Below, piece after piece: positions 1 to 12,536 of a DNA stretch of 64,000 nucleotides. Under the pieces are notes generated by a model. The model was not told the origin of the DNA, made no database searches, and worked only from the letters and a program-made list of their open reading frames with translations. Each line of letters starts with the position of its first letter. Position 1 is the stretch's first letter. Origin of the DNA: Kudoa neothunni (lineage: Eukaryota; Animalia; Cnidaria). The position numbers and the translations under genes are program-made. The stretch lies in the NCBI GenBank assembly GCA_964304625.1, contig OZ199840.1, forward strand, positions 6,064,953-6,128,952. Direction: 5' to 3'.

Positions 1-3000
1 GCTCAACTCAAGATTGCAAACATCAGTAATAGTGCACATCCATATTTTACCCCTTCATTATTCTTATAAGCGAATAATAATCAATATAGTTCATTCAATC
101 ATCGTTTGTAATTGAACTTAGCTATTGTAACTCATCCTTTATGTGTCTATTTATATATTCAACAGTTAAATCTAACATTTCATTTTCCAGAAAATTTAAA
201 ATTACAAACACTGAAGTATCGCAATTTTTTAATGCGATATTTTTAAAGGAGGTTTTATGTTTGAAAATGTTCTTTGCGTCAGTTTGTCTTCGAGTGTGTG
301 TTGATTTTTCAGACCATTTTCTCCCACCTTAAATGCCACCGCGTAGATTTTTCGTTGGAAAGATAAATTTCATTATTGGCATAATAGAAACTCGAGGTGG
401 GGTTCTCAATTATACAATTACTAAATTCAAAATTAATTTCTTCAAATTGTGGCTCGCATTCAGCGAATTCAAAATTCATTGTGTCACGTGTGCGACTATA
501 ATTGGTAATATCCGTATTTTATTATTCGGTGACTACAAAATTTTCTAAGTTTTCTATAAAAATACATGAATTTTTATTACATATAAAAGCCATTTAAAAA
601 AATGTAAGAGTTTTTTCAAAATGTCCCCCCACCGTGGGGAACGTAATATTTTTAGCATGTGCATGAGGGTTAATATGAACCTAATTATTGAATTTAAAGA
701 AATAAACATGTGGTAAATATTTCGCGAAAATAACAGAATATATCCGCGATAATGTATTTGAAAAATTAATGATTTTATCGCATAAATGTTGTTCATTTTT
801 AGATTCTCAAATGAGATGTCAATTAAAATATATAAATATTTTATTCTTTTTCAAATTGAATCACTTTTACTTTAAAAGAAACAAAAAGATTTTTTGATAA
901 GATTGACGTCAATTTAGACGACTGATAGACCAAAGGATAAAATAATTTGAGAGAATCAATATATCACCAAAAATTCTTTAATCTAAAATCATTTTTAATT
1001 CATATAACCTAAAAAATATATGTCATTGTTGCTTCTAACCACCTTTAGCAATATGAATATAACACAAATATAAGAAATACACCAGGTTGTATTTTAAGCT
1101 CTTAAGATTTGTTGGGTCATTTTGACCCAATCAATATTGCTTGATGATTTTTTAAATCTAAATGATTTTCTAACAATATTAATACAAAATATAAAACGCA
1201 ATTCTCCTTGCTAATTCAAATATAGTATAACTATAAAATAGTTTCATAAATACATAAACTAAAAAATTTGTTCACAAGAAATTAATGGTGTCAAAAGAAG
1301 AAAAAATATTGTTGTTCTCTCATATACTCCTATATCAGCTTGATATATGTTTAACCCGGCTTATTATCTTTTAAAATACTACAGAAACGAATGATTTAAA
1401 AATTTGTAGATACATTAATTTCATTTTCATTACAAAATCTACGTAAGGGTAAAAGACAATACTAATTTTTCTACTTCTTATAAAATAATCTAAATTATAA
1501 ATATAATCTTTTTTATTATATAATCGTAAAATAGATCAATGCGTCTTGTGAATCAAGTTAAAAATTAGTTCGCGGTTTTTAACACTGCCAGCCTCAGTAT
1601 TACAAGTTAGAGTATCGAGGTATTTTACTTAAAATGATCATAAAAGATTCCACAATATGAATATCAAAAGGTCGGCCTTATCGCTTTGTAAATCATATGA
1701 TATAAAAATAATAATTACGATCATTAAATTTTTGGAGGAATTTTAATGTTGTATTCATAAATGAATAAACATTTAAATTGTATTATTATCATTAATTCTA
1801 CATATTGGAACTTAATATTTTCATTAAACAATAACATTAATTTAAAATTCGAAATTTCCTGTTATTGAAAACTTTGACGGGTTAATATAACAGTTATGAA
1901 TATTTGGATGGCATAAACGTAAGGATAATTTCAATTATAACATTTAAAAAATATAAGAAACAATGACGACTGTAGTTTTTTCTAATACAGTTGATATTCC
2001 ATAAACAACTTCCATATTCAAAAATAAGTAATTCTAGATAATCAATGTTAAAATATTCCAAACTTATCGCAGCTTGTCTTATGAAACTACTTTCAATTAA
2101 TAATGAAGAGGTTATTCACCTTGGTGCAGGAAAAATGTCTCCTTGGTCTTAAGATGTGAGAAAAATATTAGAATAATTAATCCCACTTAAAAAATAAATC
2201 TGACTAAATTTCGGCGAATGAATATATTAGCAAGTGTCTATTTGCATTGTAAACAATATTCAGATGTCACTAGTTTTAAATATATTCATTTATAGTTCCT
2301 AAGAGCGAAGCAATGGGCCAGAAGTAATTAAATATCATTGATTCTAAAGAATCAGAGCTGCATAATGCTCGTGAGGAAGGGTTACCGAATTAAAAAATGC
2401 CGCTCTTAATATCCAATGTAAGCTTATTAATATTATTCGACAAAAAAATCAAGCTTTGTCTCTGTTGTTATGTACCTATAAGAAATATAAAATTGAAATG
2501 ATGATATTATAAATAATTCAATATATTGAAGAGTTTCTGATTTATTAAAGACCAAAAAAAATTATCATATTTTTTCTTATTGAGCCTAAACAAGTATATT
2601 CACATCTTTAATCAGATTATAATCTACAAAAATGAATTCAAAATTATTAAATATCAATAAATATTTTTAAGATTTATTTCTTTCAAGCGTTGTGAAATTA
2701 TTTGAATGCAAAAAGATAAGTGTATTATCTGTTCAGAAGCGCTTGGAGGATCTAACAGAAGACTTTTTTTTATTTGAAGAAATTAAAAATTAATTAATTT
2801 CTCAAATTCCTCCAAATATACCAGTTCTTAATAAATATCATTTATTTTTATTTACATCGAGAAGACACAATGATTACTTTTTCAATATAAAATTAGCATC
2901 ATAATAATAAAATATAATCTCCTTATATATCATTTAAAAAAGTTAACCATGCCTAAAACTACACAAATGTCAAAGTTTGTAGTGAAATATATTCATTAAG

Positions 3001-3459
3001 CAAATTATTCTACATATTTTTCACAGCTCAATATTCATTTTATTAAATTAAAAAATCAATAAACAAAATGGCGACAATAACACCAAGAATAATCAAATAA
3101 TTTTACTTTTAGTTACGCTCATAGTTACATTCATATTTCTGGACCTGATAATGCTGCTGTTGTGTATTGTGCTGTCGATGTGATTTAAAATGTCGCCCCA
3201 AAATCTTACACTTTTTAGGGTATACATGAGTAAAAGATATTTAAACAAGATGAGGATATACGGTAAAAAATTACAATCAACTCAAAGTTAAATCTCAACT
3301 ATAGGCACAACATCGTTCCTACAGTCAACAAACAACAACTTAATGACCTTCTGCTGGAAAATGAATAAAACCGATTCAACGCTAATCGATCCCAATATTT
3401 GAACAGTCAGAGATAAAAATCATAAGAGTATCAAAATACGATATATTATACAAATAGAT

Positions 3460-3952
3460 TTATGCGTCTGATTGTCTGGTTGCACTGATATCTTTGATTT
3501 TGACTCCACAAATTGCACAAATTCCTACCAAAAATAATCAATTATTAATAGAACAATCGGCGTACACGCTCACCAAGTTTATAACAGCAGTCTAAATTAA
3601 GTTTCAATCACAATAACATTCCACTTAAAAAATACTTTGACAATAGTGCGCATGGGGTTGATGAATAAGTCCTTTGCATTTTTTACAATTTACCTTAGAC
3701 TTTGTGGTAAAATTGAATTTCCTAGATGATAAAAGTTTGTTTTCGTTTAGTTTTCTATTATTTTCTAATCGAATAGAGAGGTCATTCCGAGGTATTTATT
3801 AAAAACAAATTAAGGGTACTTGTTTGTTTTTGAACTTTATTTCGAAAAGGATCCGGGGTAATAACAGACTTTAATTTTATCTTACCTTAATACAATTTAG
3901 AATAATTTAAATTGCGATACAGCGCTCAAAAAATACATTTATCGCACACCAT
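3460..3952 (-). CDS. CRIPT: Cysteine-rich PDZ-binding protein CRIPT (5 exons, ~97 aa)
   Basis: Manual splicing over four GT-AG mini-introns gives MVCDKCKIKLKSVITPDPFR...RKLNENKLLSSR...CKKCKGLIHQPHAHYCQNCCYKLGICAICGVKIKDISATRQSDA*. This matches the CRIPT pattern (MVCxKC, VITPD, RKLNENK, CxxC pairs, GICAxCG). Not in the ORF track. Confidence 0.93.
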
Positions 3953-3971
3953 AGGATTTGTTAATGTTTTG

Positions 3972-4011
3972 TGCGCATGCGCATCGTGAAATTTCGATTG
4001 GCAGCCATCTT
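3972..4011. promoter_or_regulatory. CRIPT-proximal promoter elements: perfect NRF1-type palindrome TGCGCATGCGCA (3972-3983), inverted CCAAT (3997-4001), YY1-like GCCATCTT (4004-4011)
   Basis: Motifs read directly in the 465-nt gap between the divergent CRIPT and MFAP1 ATGs. A second copy, TCGCATGCGCA (4398-4408), sits just before the MFAP1 ATG. Confidence 0.55.
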
Positions 4012-4417
4012 TGTTTTAATATTGTTAAATTATTTAAAGTCAACTATATAGATCATTTACTGAGTATTTAAACAATATACTAATTAACTCTGCGAAATTT
4101 TTTAATAGAAATTTGCATTGAACATGCTTTGAATTACTCTTATAATAATATATCTTAATATTTCATCCGGTAATAATCAAACAAATCAGTGAAACAAACA
4201 TATTTATAATTTTAAAATACACAATAGTTTAGTCAATTAAGTTATATCTTTCATTGGAGAAATATCACGGCGTTGCGACATAACGAAAATTTCTATAAAG
4301 AAAAGAATATATATTTTTGACTTGACAGATTTTATTATAATGAATATTTTGCATTATTTTTTAATTAATGCATCAAATAATCAACTTATTGAATTTGTCG
4401 CATGCGCATCATACCAA

Positions 4418-6237
4418 ATGTCCAGCTTTAACCGGGGAATTTCCACTGGAAATGCAAAAATAGACAATAAAATAAAAGGCCTTGGCAAGAAAAATGTCAG
4501 TTCTACCGCAGGAGCTATTGTGACGACCAACGAAAAAGGTTTAAGCAACTTCAAAGAGATATCATGTATTTTACAAACCATTAGGAGAAACGACTATGGA
4601 AAAGGTGAAAGTGAAGCGTTATGTTGCAGGAAAAATGTTAGTTGCCATTTGTTATTTCGCAAGTGGTTTAATGGTTGTATATTAGACCGGAATTTAAAAC
4701 CGCTGTCGAACCAATCAAACCATCGTCTGCTGCTCCAAAATCTAAATCAGAAACTGCATCACAAGAAAGCTATTACACGGTTAGAGATGATTTAAATCGG
4801 AAAATTAATGAGTGAGTTTTTCACAGAATTCGGTCAATTTTTGATTGGTTCAGGTTCAATATTGATGACCAACAAAGTCATCGCAATCAAATCCACGCTG
4901 GGAATGAAATCAAGGTCAATTTTGGTAGAAAACAAAATGTACAAGACGCGGACTCTTCGATTGAATTCAATCAACCTGCTCAAGGCCTTCAACGCGACTC
5001 GATTGATGATCAAAGCCAAGATGATGCTGCGTTACGCCGACGTCTCATGAAAGAGAAATTGCTTGCACAACAACAAAAGGAGCAAATCAAGTCGAAGAAT
5101 GCCAATCAGGCGATTAACGCCACAACTGATACAGCCCAAGTTCCCCAAGACAGCACTGACGATGAATATGAATATTATTCATCTGAAGAGGATGAGGAGT
5201 ATTCTGATGATGCTGGAGTTGCAGTTCCTCGTCTGAAACCGGTTTTTGTTCGAAAGTAACAGTTGAAATTAGTGGAATTGCGAATAATTGTGATGATCAA
5301 CATACTAGAGAGGATCGTGTAACTTTGCATGAGGATGAAACCGATCCCAATAATAGCAGTGTTGTAAAATCATCTGATGTAGCCGACCAAAAACTGCTTT
5401 TGGAACGACGTAAAGAATCTCGACGAATGGTCTCTGCTATTAGAAAAGAGGAGTTGGTTGATGAGCAAAATGTTGACACCTTTGATCAAGTTGTTATCAC
5501 AGATGATGAAGATGACGAGGCTGAGGTGAATGTTAAAGTTGATTTGATCGCTCTCTTCAATTAGTCGTTGTATAGTTCGAAGCGTGGAAACTACGTGAAC
5601 TCAAACGAATGAAACGTGATATCGAAGAGAGACAAGAGTATATACATGAACATAATTTAATTGTTCGGTTATTTGTTTGTAGGCTTGAAAATGAAAAAAT
5701 TGAGTTGGAAAAAATCAGAAATATGAGCGAAAAAGAACGAATCAAATATTTCGAACAAAACCCCAAATTAGTTACCAACCAAGCTTCGAAAGGAACCTAT
5801 AAATATCTACAGAAATACTACCATAGAGGAGCCTTCTTTTTGGTGATTTTATTAGCAACTGATGGTTGTAATCAAGTTGATAACAATTCTTTGTGTTGTA
5901 GGATCGTGAAGATGAAATATTTAAACGTAACTACGACGCCCCAACCCTCGAAGATCACTTTGATAAATCTGTGCTGCCTGATTACCTACAAATTAAAAAC
6001 TTTGGTAAAGTTGGTCGCACCAAATACACCCATTTGACTGATCAAGATACCACTGATGTATCGGTTTCTTTTGATTCGTCAAATTTAATTAAACTGTAGC
6101 ATTTGTTAAATCGAGATGAAGCGAGTGCTAATATTCCCGCCTTTCAACAAAAACTTCATTCCAAGATATCAGCCGGCTCAAAGCAGATTTTCGAGAAACC
6201 TTCTCACAAAAGAAAACGTCATATTGATGATAATTGA
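4418..6237 (+). CDS. MFAP1: Microfibrillar-associated protein 1 (spliceosome B-complex factor, Spp381 homolog), 9 exons
   Basis: The spliced product contains [86 protein letters not shown] and [20 protein letters not shown]. Frame is intact through 8 short introns; stop TGA at 6235-6237. Confidence 0.95.
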
Positions 6238-7449
6238 TTTTTATTTTTTAAACTGTTTTATGTATTTTTGTGATATATTAGTTGTTCTCATTCTACTCTT
6301 TTTTATTTTAATAATTTAAGAGATTATCCTATAAACTCTTGAAGCAACAAACCTTAGCATCGTTAGGCTTGCAGTGTTAGGGAATTGCTTAATTGTTTGT
6401 ATAATGGGTGGTGGATAATACGTAGTCCATTCGGAAGAAGGGAAATGAATATTATTCGACAATTTGTTTAAAATTCTGTATTTTATTTGATTGTTGTCGA
6501 AAAACTATATCTCGGGTGGAAAAATTCAACTAAATTATGTTTATAAACAGGGATCGTCGTTTCGACTAAAATTGACTTAAATCGATTTTAATCGTCGAGT
6601 TTTTAAAAAATCTTTGATATTTATTATCCAGGAATACTCAAAACCTTCCAAAAACTTATATGAGTAATAATCGGAGAGAAATTAAAAGTTTTTTGTTGAA
6701 TTAATCCAAACAAAGAAGACGGAAAACGAATTAGTCTTCAATACTGCAAAGTGAAATTACCTCCACAGCAAAATAAATTCAATGTAACATACATCGCTAA
6801 AAACGCATTTCAAAACACATCTCTGCCAGTTATTTTTTTTGATAGAAAAAACGATAAAATAGAGGAAAATTTGGTTTCTGTTATTGTTCTTGATACCCTT
6901 CCATTATCGCTATTTCACAAGAGAAGTTTTTTATGGGGATTATGTTCCACATTCTTTTTAATTTAATGTGTTCAAACATGTGCACACTCGTACTTCTAAA
7001 CCAACCAAAATAAACGCCGATTTCAATTGTCGAATTTTTTTAAAGTGAACGTCAAAAACGGTAATCCCAATTTATAAACATCAATTTAATCCTCCTATGC
7101 CACCATGATGGACAGAGTGTCTACTATGGTGGTTTTCTTAAAATATAACATCCTTTTTAAAGTCTCTTAGTACTTATGTTTCTTTTATTATATTTCACTG
7201 GATTTACATGTAGAATATTAAATTATAGCTAATTTTTTAAAGTCTGAGATCAATAAATCGTTTATCTTAAAAAAATTCCGCCCATGCCTGGAGGTAAACA
7301 CCTATCCAGCAAAGTGTGTTTTAAATTTACCATTCTAATAATAGTTTTATAATATTGATATTTTACCTACAGATTCTTAAGAATATTTTTATACTTCAAA
7401 TTAAGTTTGGTCAGGTTAAAATGAGTTAGAGATACATAAATTCTAAAAG

Positions 7450-7700
7450 GAATGTTCATTTCCAGGCGTTTAAGAAGGTGACCTTCCAGTCTATTCTATG
7501 ATTTCCTAGATAATGCACTACATATTTCATAATAATGATGTTTTAATAAATTACACCTGTAAAGATACTCAAATTTAAGTTTTTATTCTAATCTGAGCAT
7601 AATTACCTCTTTAAGGTGTATTCAATTGAGACAAGCTAAGTCTACGAATGATCGTGGACTGTGCTCCTGTCCAGGCAATTAAGGAATTGTCTTATTTTTG
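7450..7700 (-). mobile_element. Probable decayed LTR-retrotransposon aspartic protease fragment
   Basis: The minus strand encodes a frame-broken LD/TGAQSTII, resembling the retropepsin DTGA motif; many stops. Confidence 0.3.
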
Positions 7701-8457
7701 TATAATTTCCTAGATTCTTCTAGTGCAGTGCTTCCCCCATTCATTTTAGTTTCCATACCCCCTACTACTTACGAAGACAACTCCGCACCCTTTCTCAAAA
7801 AGGAGATTTAAAATGGATTTATTTTCTGGTTGGGAAAATGTTTGTGTTAAAATAACATTAAAAAGAAAAAACCCATCTATTTTAACAAGAAACCGAATGT
7901 GAAAACAATAAATAAAACAAATAAAATTAACAATAAATTAAATGTTTTGAATTTTCTTTCTTGGCTTTTTCGGACAATAATTGGGTCAAAATGGGACTCT
8001 TTATCAGATAAAGTTATGAATAAATCATAATTTGTAAAGTTACAAGATATGCTAAAATTTTTGTGCAAAATGTCAGATGTTAATAGTTGAGCTTACGCGA
8101 AATTTTGGATTTTGTAATTTATTTGTTTAATTATAAATTTAAAGTAATTAAACAAAAAAAATCTAAATAACGTAACCTTGACACTAATTAAAATTTAACT
8201 CTTACTTGCATTATAGTTTCATTAAAAATAATATATAATACAATTTTTAATAATTCATCCATTTTAAAATCTTTTATATGTCGTTTATCTTTCCAATTAA
8301 AAGTAAATATTTTATAATTTTTTGCGTTGTTCCATTTAAAATATAAACAAAATAATTCATTTAGGTACGAAAAAGGAATAAGTTATCGTTTTTATACCAT
8401 ATGCTAAAACAAAGTAGATAGAAGAAACAAAAATGTTCAAGAATTTTCATCAAATGA

Positions 8458-8923
8458 CTATTTATTTAATACACTTATTTCAGCTTCGATTGTGCATGAA
8501 TCGCACATGATATATTGTCGAGAGAGATTCTGATTACTTGGAATCGATACTTGATGTACAAAGTATGCTAAGTGGTCAAATTTTTCGTTGACTCTAGACG
8601 TGAATCTCGGACCCCCAGTAACTGTCTCCCGGAAGCCCTGTTCTGGAGTATTCTCAGATGTTATGGATACATTTATGCAATTCTCCATTATTATGGAATA
8701 TTCTACGCCATTTCTTTGATAAAACGGGCGTTCGTAGGAGGTCGTCAGTCTAACAATAAATAACATCGAGGGTTTTATATATATTTCATCAGCAGATTCT
8801 GAATAAAAGTGGATCCGAAGATCTTGAGGTAATAGACACAATTATTGACAAACTCATTAACCATAAGGGTGATGACACTGATTTTGACGGCGATCTATAA
8901 ATTGATAACTCATCAAATGTCAT
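8458..8923 (-). CDS. Uncharacterised ORF/exon (127 aa open, possibly frame-broken upstream); weak resemblance to a MATH-like beta domain end
   Basis: Unusually long, locally GC-richer ORF ending ...CTIEAEISVLNK*. No secure family assignment. Confidence 0.3.
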
Positions 8924-9029
8924 TCCTGCGGAAGAGGGGAAGACAATGACAAGTGGTATTCTCAGCCAACTCGAATTGAAGGGCGAACAAATTTTGAAAA
9001 TATATATGATATAAACTAAACTTTTACAT

Positions 9030-9545
9030 CAGTGGTTCCAAACCGAGATTCAATCGAACCCTCAGGGTTCAGTGAGCTAGTGCCAGGGATTCGACGGACG
9101 CGGAAATATTTTATTGTTCGGTCTGCGCCAGTTTTTATCAGATCCAAAAATACTATAACTAAGTTTCCTATTCTCATTTAAATACAAAGAATGCCACGAC
9201 GACGAAAAAATATTTACAGAAATTAGCTTTTTTATTCAAATCATTCACTTTTTAAATTGAAGAATTAATGAAAAAATTTTTCAGTGAAAACTATTCCAAA
9301 TTTTTACGATATGTGTAAGTATATAATTAATTTTAAATGTATACTTATTAATTCACACATCAATGAATTGTCCATTCATGTATAAATATTTATTATTTAT
9401 AATATTTAAAATAATGATTATTTTACATAAAAATGTATTTATTATCTGAGGACTTCATACAATAATCATAAAAAGATATGAAGTAAAAAATTAATTATCC
9501 TAACAGAGAGGGGTTTGACGAAATCGAAAATGTTGAGATTTATTG
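9030..9545. mobile_element. hAT-type non-autonomous element remnant
   Basis: Starts CAGTGGTTCCAAACC...TTCAATCGAACCCTCAGGGTTC, typical of hAT (Charlie-like) termini. Degenerate opposite end GGGTTTGACG...GTTGAGATTTATTG near 9510-9545. Confidence 0.5.
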
Positions 9546-9559
9546 TACTAGATGCTGGT

Positions 9560-9992
9560 CAATTGTCGTTTATACAACATAACACATGCGGCAACATATT
9601 ACGCATTTCAACTGCATGGGACTAAGAACCTCAATTTCTTAGTTAATACAAGCTTCAGTCCAAAAGAGAATTCCAAAAAAAACTATCAATGTAGCTTTTA
9701 TAGGAATCCAAAACAAATATAAAAAATAATAGTGAAAAGACGGACGATGAGCCAAGAAAATGCGGACATTGTGGTGTTCCTAACAGATCTTCCAAAAAAC
9801 GATGTCGTACAAGATACAGTATGTACGACCAATTCACTTTTGACGAACATAAATAAATGTAATATTATGAAAAACATATTTTGTTAAATAAATCATTGTT
9901 TTGTCACATATTTCACTGTTTTTTGAGGGATGGACACAAAGTCCACCTCCAGACGTGCGCGTAAATTTTTTTCCTGGGTCCCGGAGAGTTAA
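9560..9992 (+). mobile_element. piggyBac 3' end remnant
   Basis: Cys-rich tail (RKCGHCG...RCRTR...FDEH) followed by a terminus ending GGGTCCCGGAGAG-TTAA (TTAA at 9989-9992). Confidence 0.45.
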
Positions 9993-10508
9993 GTAATGTA
10001 ATAAATTCTATATGAAATAGAAAAGTGCGTATCAATCGTCACCAATTGTAAGAAGGCAGGGGTAATTGACATGGAAATTTGTAATCCTAAAATGTGAGTG
10101 ATCATGCGCGATGGATATTTTTTTAATCCCAGTAATTTTTACTCACAAGCTGTGTATAATTTTAATTTTTTACAATTAAATGTAGTGATAATAACGATGC
10201 TAGATTGTTATTTACATGCCAATAGCCACTTCCTTACAATAACATTTATTACAAAATTAAAAATTCGACAGAGTAGGAAATAATTAATCAATTCGTTAAT
10301 ATAAAAATACATCCAAATAAAATGAAACTAAGACATAAGCCGGGTAATTAAATAACTATATATTAACTATGGGTTTTGATTTTATTATGGAACTTTCTCT
10401 GGAAGCAATCGAAAAAATATATAATAAGAAAATCAATTTATTTATTTATAATACGTCGAATTTTTTTGCTTCCCATTTTTAATTTTGTCTATTCAATTAT
10501 TCTTACTT

Positions 10509-10535
10509 GCGCGTGCGTGCGTGCGTGCGTGCGTG
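10509..10535 (+). repeat. (GCGT)n microsatellite
   Basis: gcgtgcgtgcgtgcgtgcgtgcgtg read directly. Confidence 0.9.
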
Positions 10536-11717
10536 ATGTATTCCCTTATGTTCTGAATTTAGCGTTATGTAAAAAAGGTCTCCACCCACATACCACATAG
10601 CTATTATTTACTTATAACAATCCAAGCTAATTATAATTGAAGTTTTTCTCAAAATTGATTTTTAAGAACAAATGCATTAGTTAGTGTGAAATTAAATTCA
10701 AAATCTGGAAATAATTAACAATGATCATTGATTGAATGTTAACAAATTATTTAAATATAATTAGATGCTAAAATAACTCAATTGTTATAATCATTAAATT
10801 TATAATGATATAAAAAGTGTTCTAACGTATTTTAGGCTTAAAATTTAAAATTTTTAATGAAAGTTAACCTTATAAATCGGAATATATACCAAATATCCAT
10901 ACATCCAGAGGTAACTAGATGAACAATTTTCTTAATAATTTATTGTATTCGAAAGCTGTAACAGAGTTAACTGAACAGACTTTCAAACAAGAATTTTATT
11001 TGTAGCTTACTTATATCTACAAATATAGGTGAGAATTTTATCTTCAAATAACGATTGTGTGAGTTGTAATAAACCAAGAGTTAATAGATGGCATTATTGA
11101 AGCATTTCTTGATAAATGTATACATAATATTTATTGATCAACGAACAAACGCATAATAACTCAACGCCGGAAACTCAATTTCACAAGTGGGAATAAATTC
11201 TTGAATAAATTTATCTTTAGGAATTTAGTCAATAATATATTTCTTTGTAATCATCGGTTGAATAAAATTAATAAATTTACTGAATTTTTACTTTATCTTC
11301 AGTGATAACAAAGTTTTAAATGCATTTATTTGATTATAAATTAATTCCATTTGTTTTTAAAACGAATTCCCACGGCTTAAACAAGGAAACTAGAAAGAAT
11401 GAATGCCCTATTTATTGTTGAATATATTAAGCGGAGTTATTTGATTTAAGTGTCTATTTGATTTTCAGGGCCACAAACTGTATAGTTGATGAATACATTG
11501 ATCTCTATTTGAGGCATGGATAGAATGTAAATGTATTCAACCAATAGAAAAAAATCAAAAACCACCTTGTGAATAATTTCCATTCTATATCTATAGTTTA
11601 TTTTGGGTTTAGCGCAAACACCAAACCTCATATGTGAATTTGGTCAAAAATAAACCATCTCCAAACAAACCTCAACCCAAAAGGGATAAACCCACTATCC
11701 CATGAGAGTAAACAACG

Positions 11718-12074
11718 ATGAACAATGTTTACACCATTTTCATTATCATTATGTTTTCCATTTTTATATTGATATTTGTGTTGTATTTATTTTGCTATTG
11801 TTTCTCCAAACGTAATTTTGTATTAATTTTGTCAGCGTTCTAACATTCCTAAAATGTAGTGCAAAACAATCTCGAGCGAAGAAATGCTATAATTCAAGTG
11901 GAAATAGGCTCGGAAGTGCATCACATCGTTGTGGAACCAAATATTGAAATTCCTGCCCCTCCGTACAAATCCCAAACCAGTGTAGAAGTTGATACTGTAA
12001 CTGAAACCCAACCACCGTCGTATAGAACTACCACCACAAACAGTGATAACCGCGTCAAAATATATTATAAATAA
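11718..12074 (+). CDS. Small single-pass membrane protein with PPxY motif (~102 aa, 2 exons)
   Basis: Exon 1 MNNVYTIFIIIMFSIFILIFVLYLFCYCFSK (TM plus juxtamembrane CYC). Phase-1 intron 11812-11859 joins in frame to ...IEIPAPPYKSQ...TQPPSYRTTT...YYK*. Confidence 0.75.
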
Positions 12075-12238
12075 ATTCAAATAATAATATAGATAACAAT
12101 GTGTAATTACTTTTACGTTGAAAAATATTTCTTCCAACCAACCGTAATCAACAAAAACAAATAACATCTACTAAACGGATGTTTATAACTTTTTGATGTA
12201 CAAACCAATTTAAATTCTATAAACAATAATCCATCATA

Positions 12239-12536
12239 ATGTTTATCGATAGTAATACCCAGCCTCATTACTATTCTTTGTTAGATGATGAATCTCTCAC
12301 TACTATAATTCTATTTTGTCTCTGTATTCTACTGATACTAATTGTGCATATACTGTTCGTTAGGATAATTATTAAAAGTAAATCTTTCATTCTGCATAAT
12401 AATGACGGTTTATTAAGAACTTCGTCGTAGCCAAGACATCCAAATTAGGGATACGAGCGTAGTAACACCTCCAACATACAACTGGGCCGCTGTCTGTGTA
12501 GAAAATATCTCACCTCCACAATATATCACAATTTGA
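12239..12536 (+). CDS. Small single-pass membrane protein with two PPxY motifs (~85 aa, 2 exons)
   Basis: MFIDS...TTIILFCLCILLILIVHILFVRIIIK, then phase-1 intron 12378-12417 (AAG acceptor), then KLRRSQDIQIRDTSVVTPPTYNWAAVCVENISPPQYITI*. Confidence 0.72.

Noticed and set aside
141-796. Short ORF-track entries here and similar 60-100 aa ORFs elsewhere
   Set aside because: F/I/L/K/N-biased composition typical of random AT-rich frames, or antisense shadows of real exons.
3050-3290. Plus-strand TM-like segment (IILLLVTLIVTFIFLDLIMLLLCIVLSM/VYMSKR...) or a Sen15-like peptide in another frame
   Set aside because: An in-frame stop lies just upstream with no usable start or acceptor; hydrophobic runs arise easily in T-rich DNA.
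6320-6960. Minus-strand gene downstream of MFAP1
   Set aside because: Some open segments, but no consistent exon chain or recognisable product.
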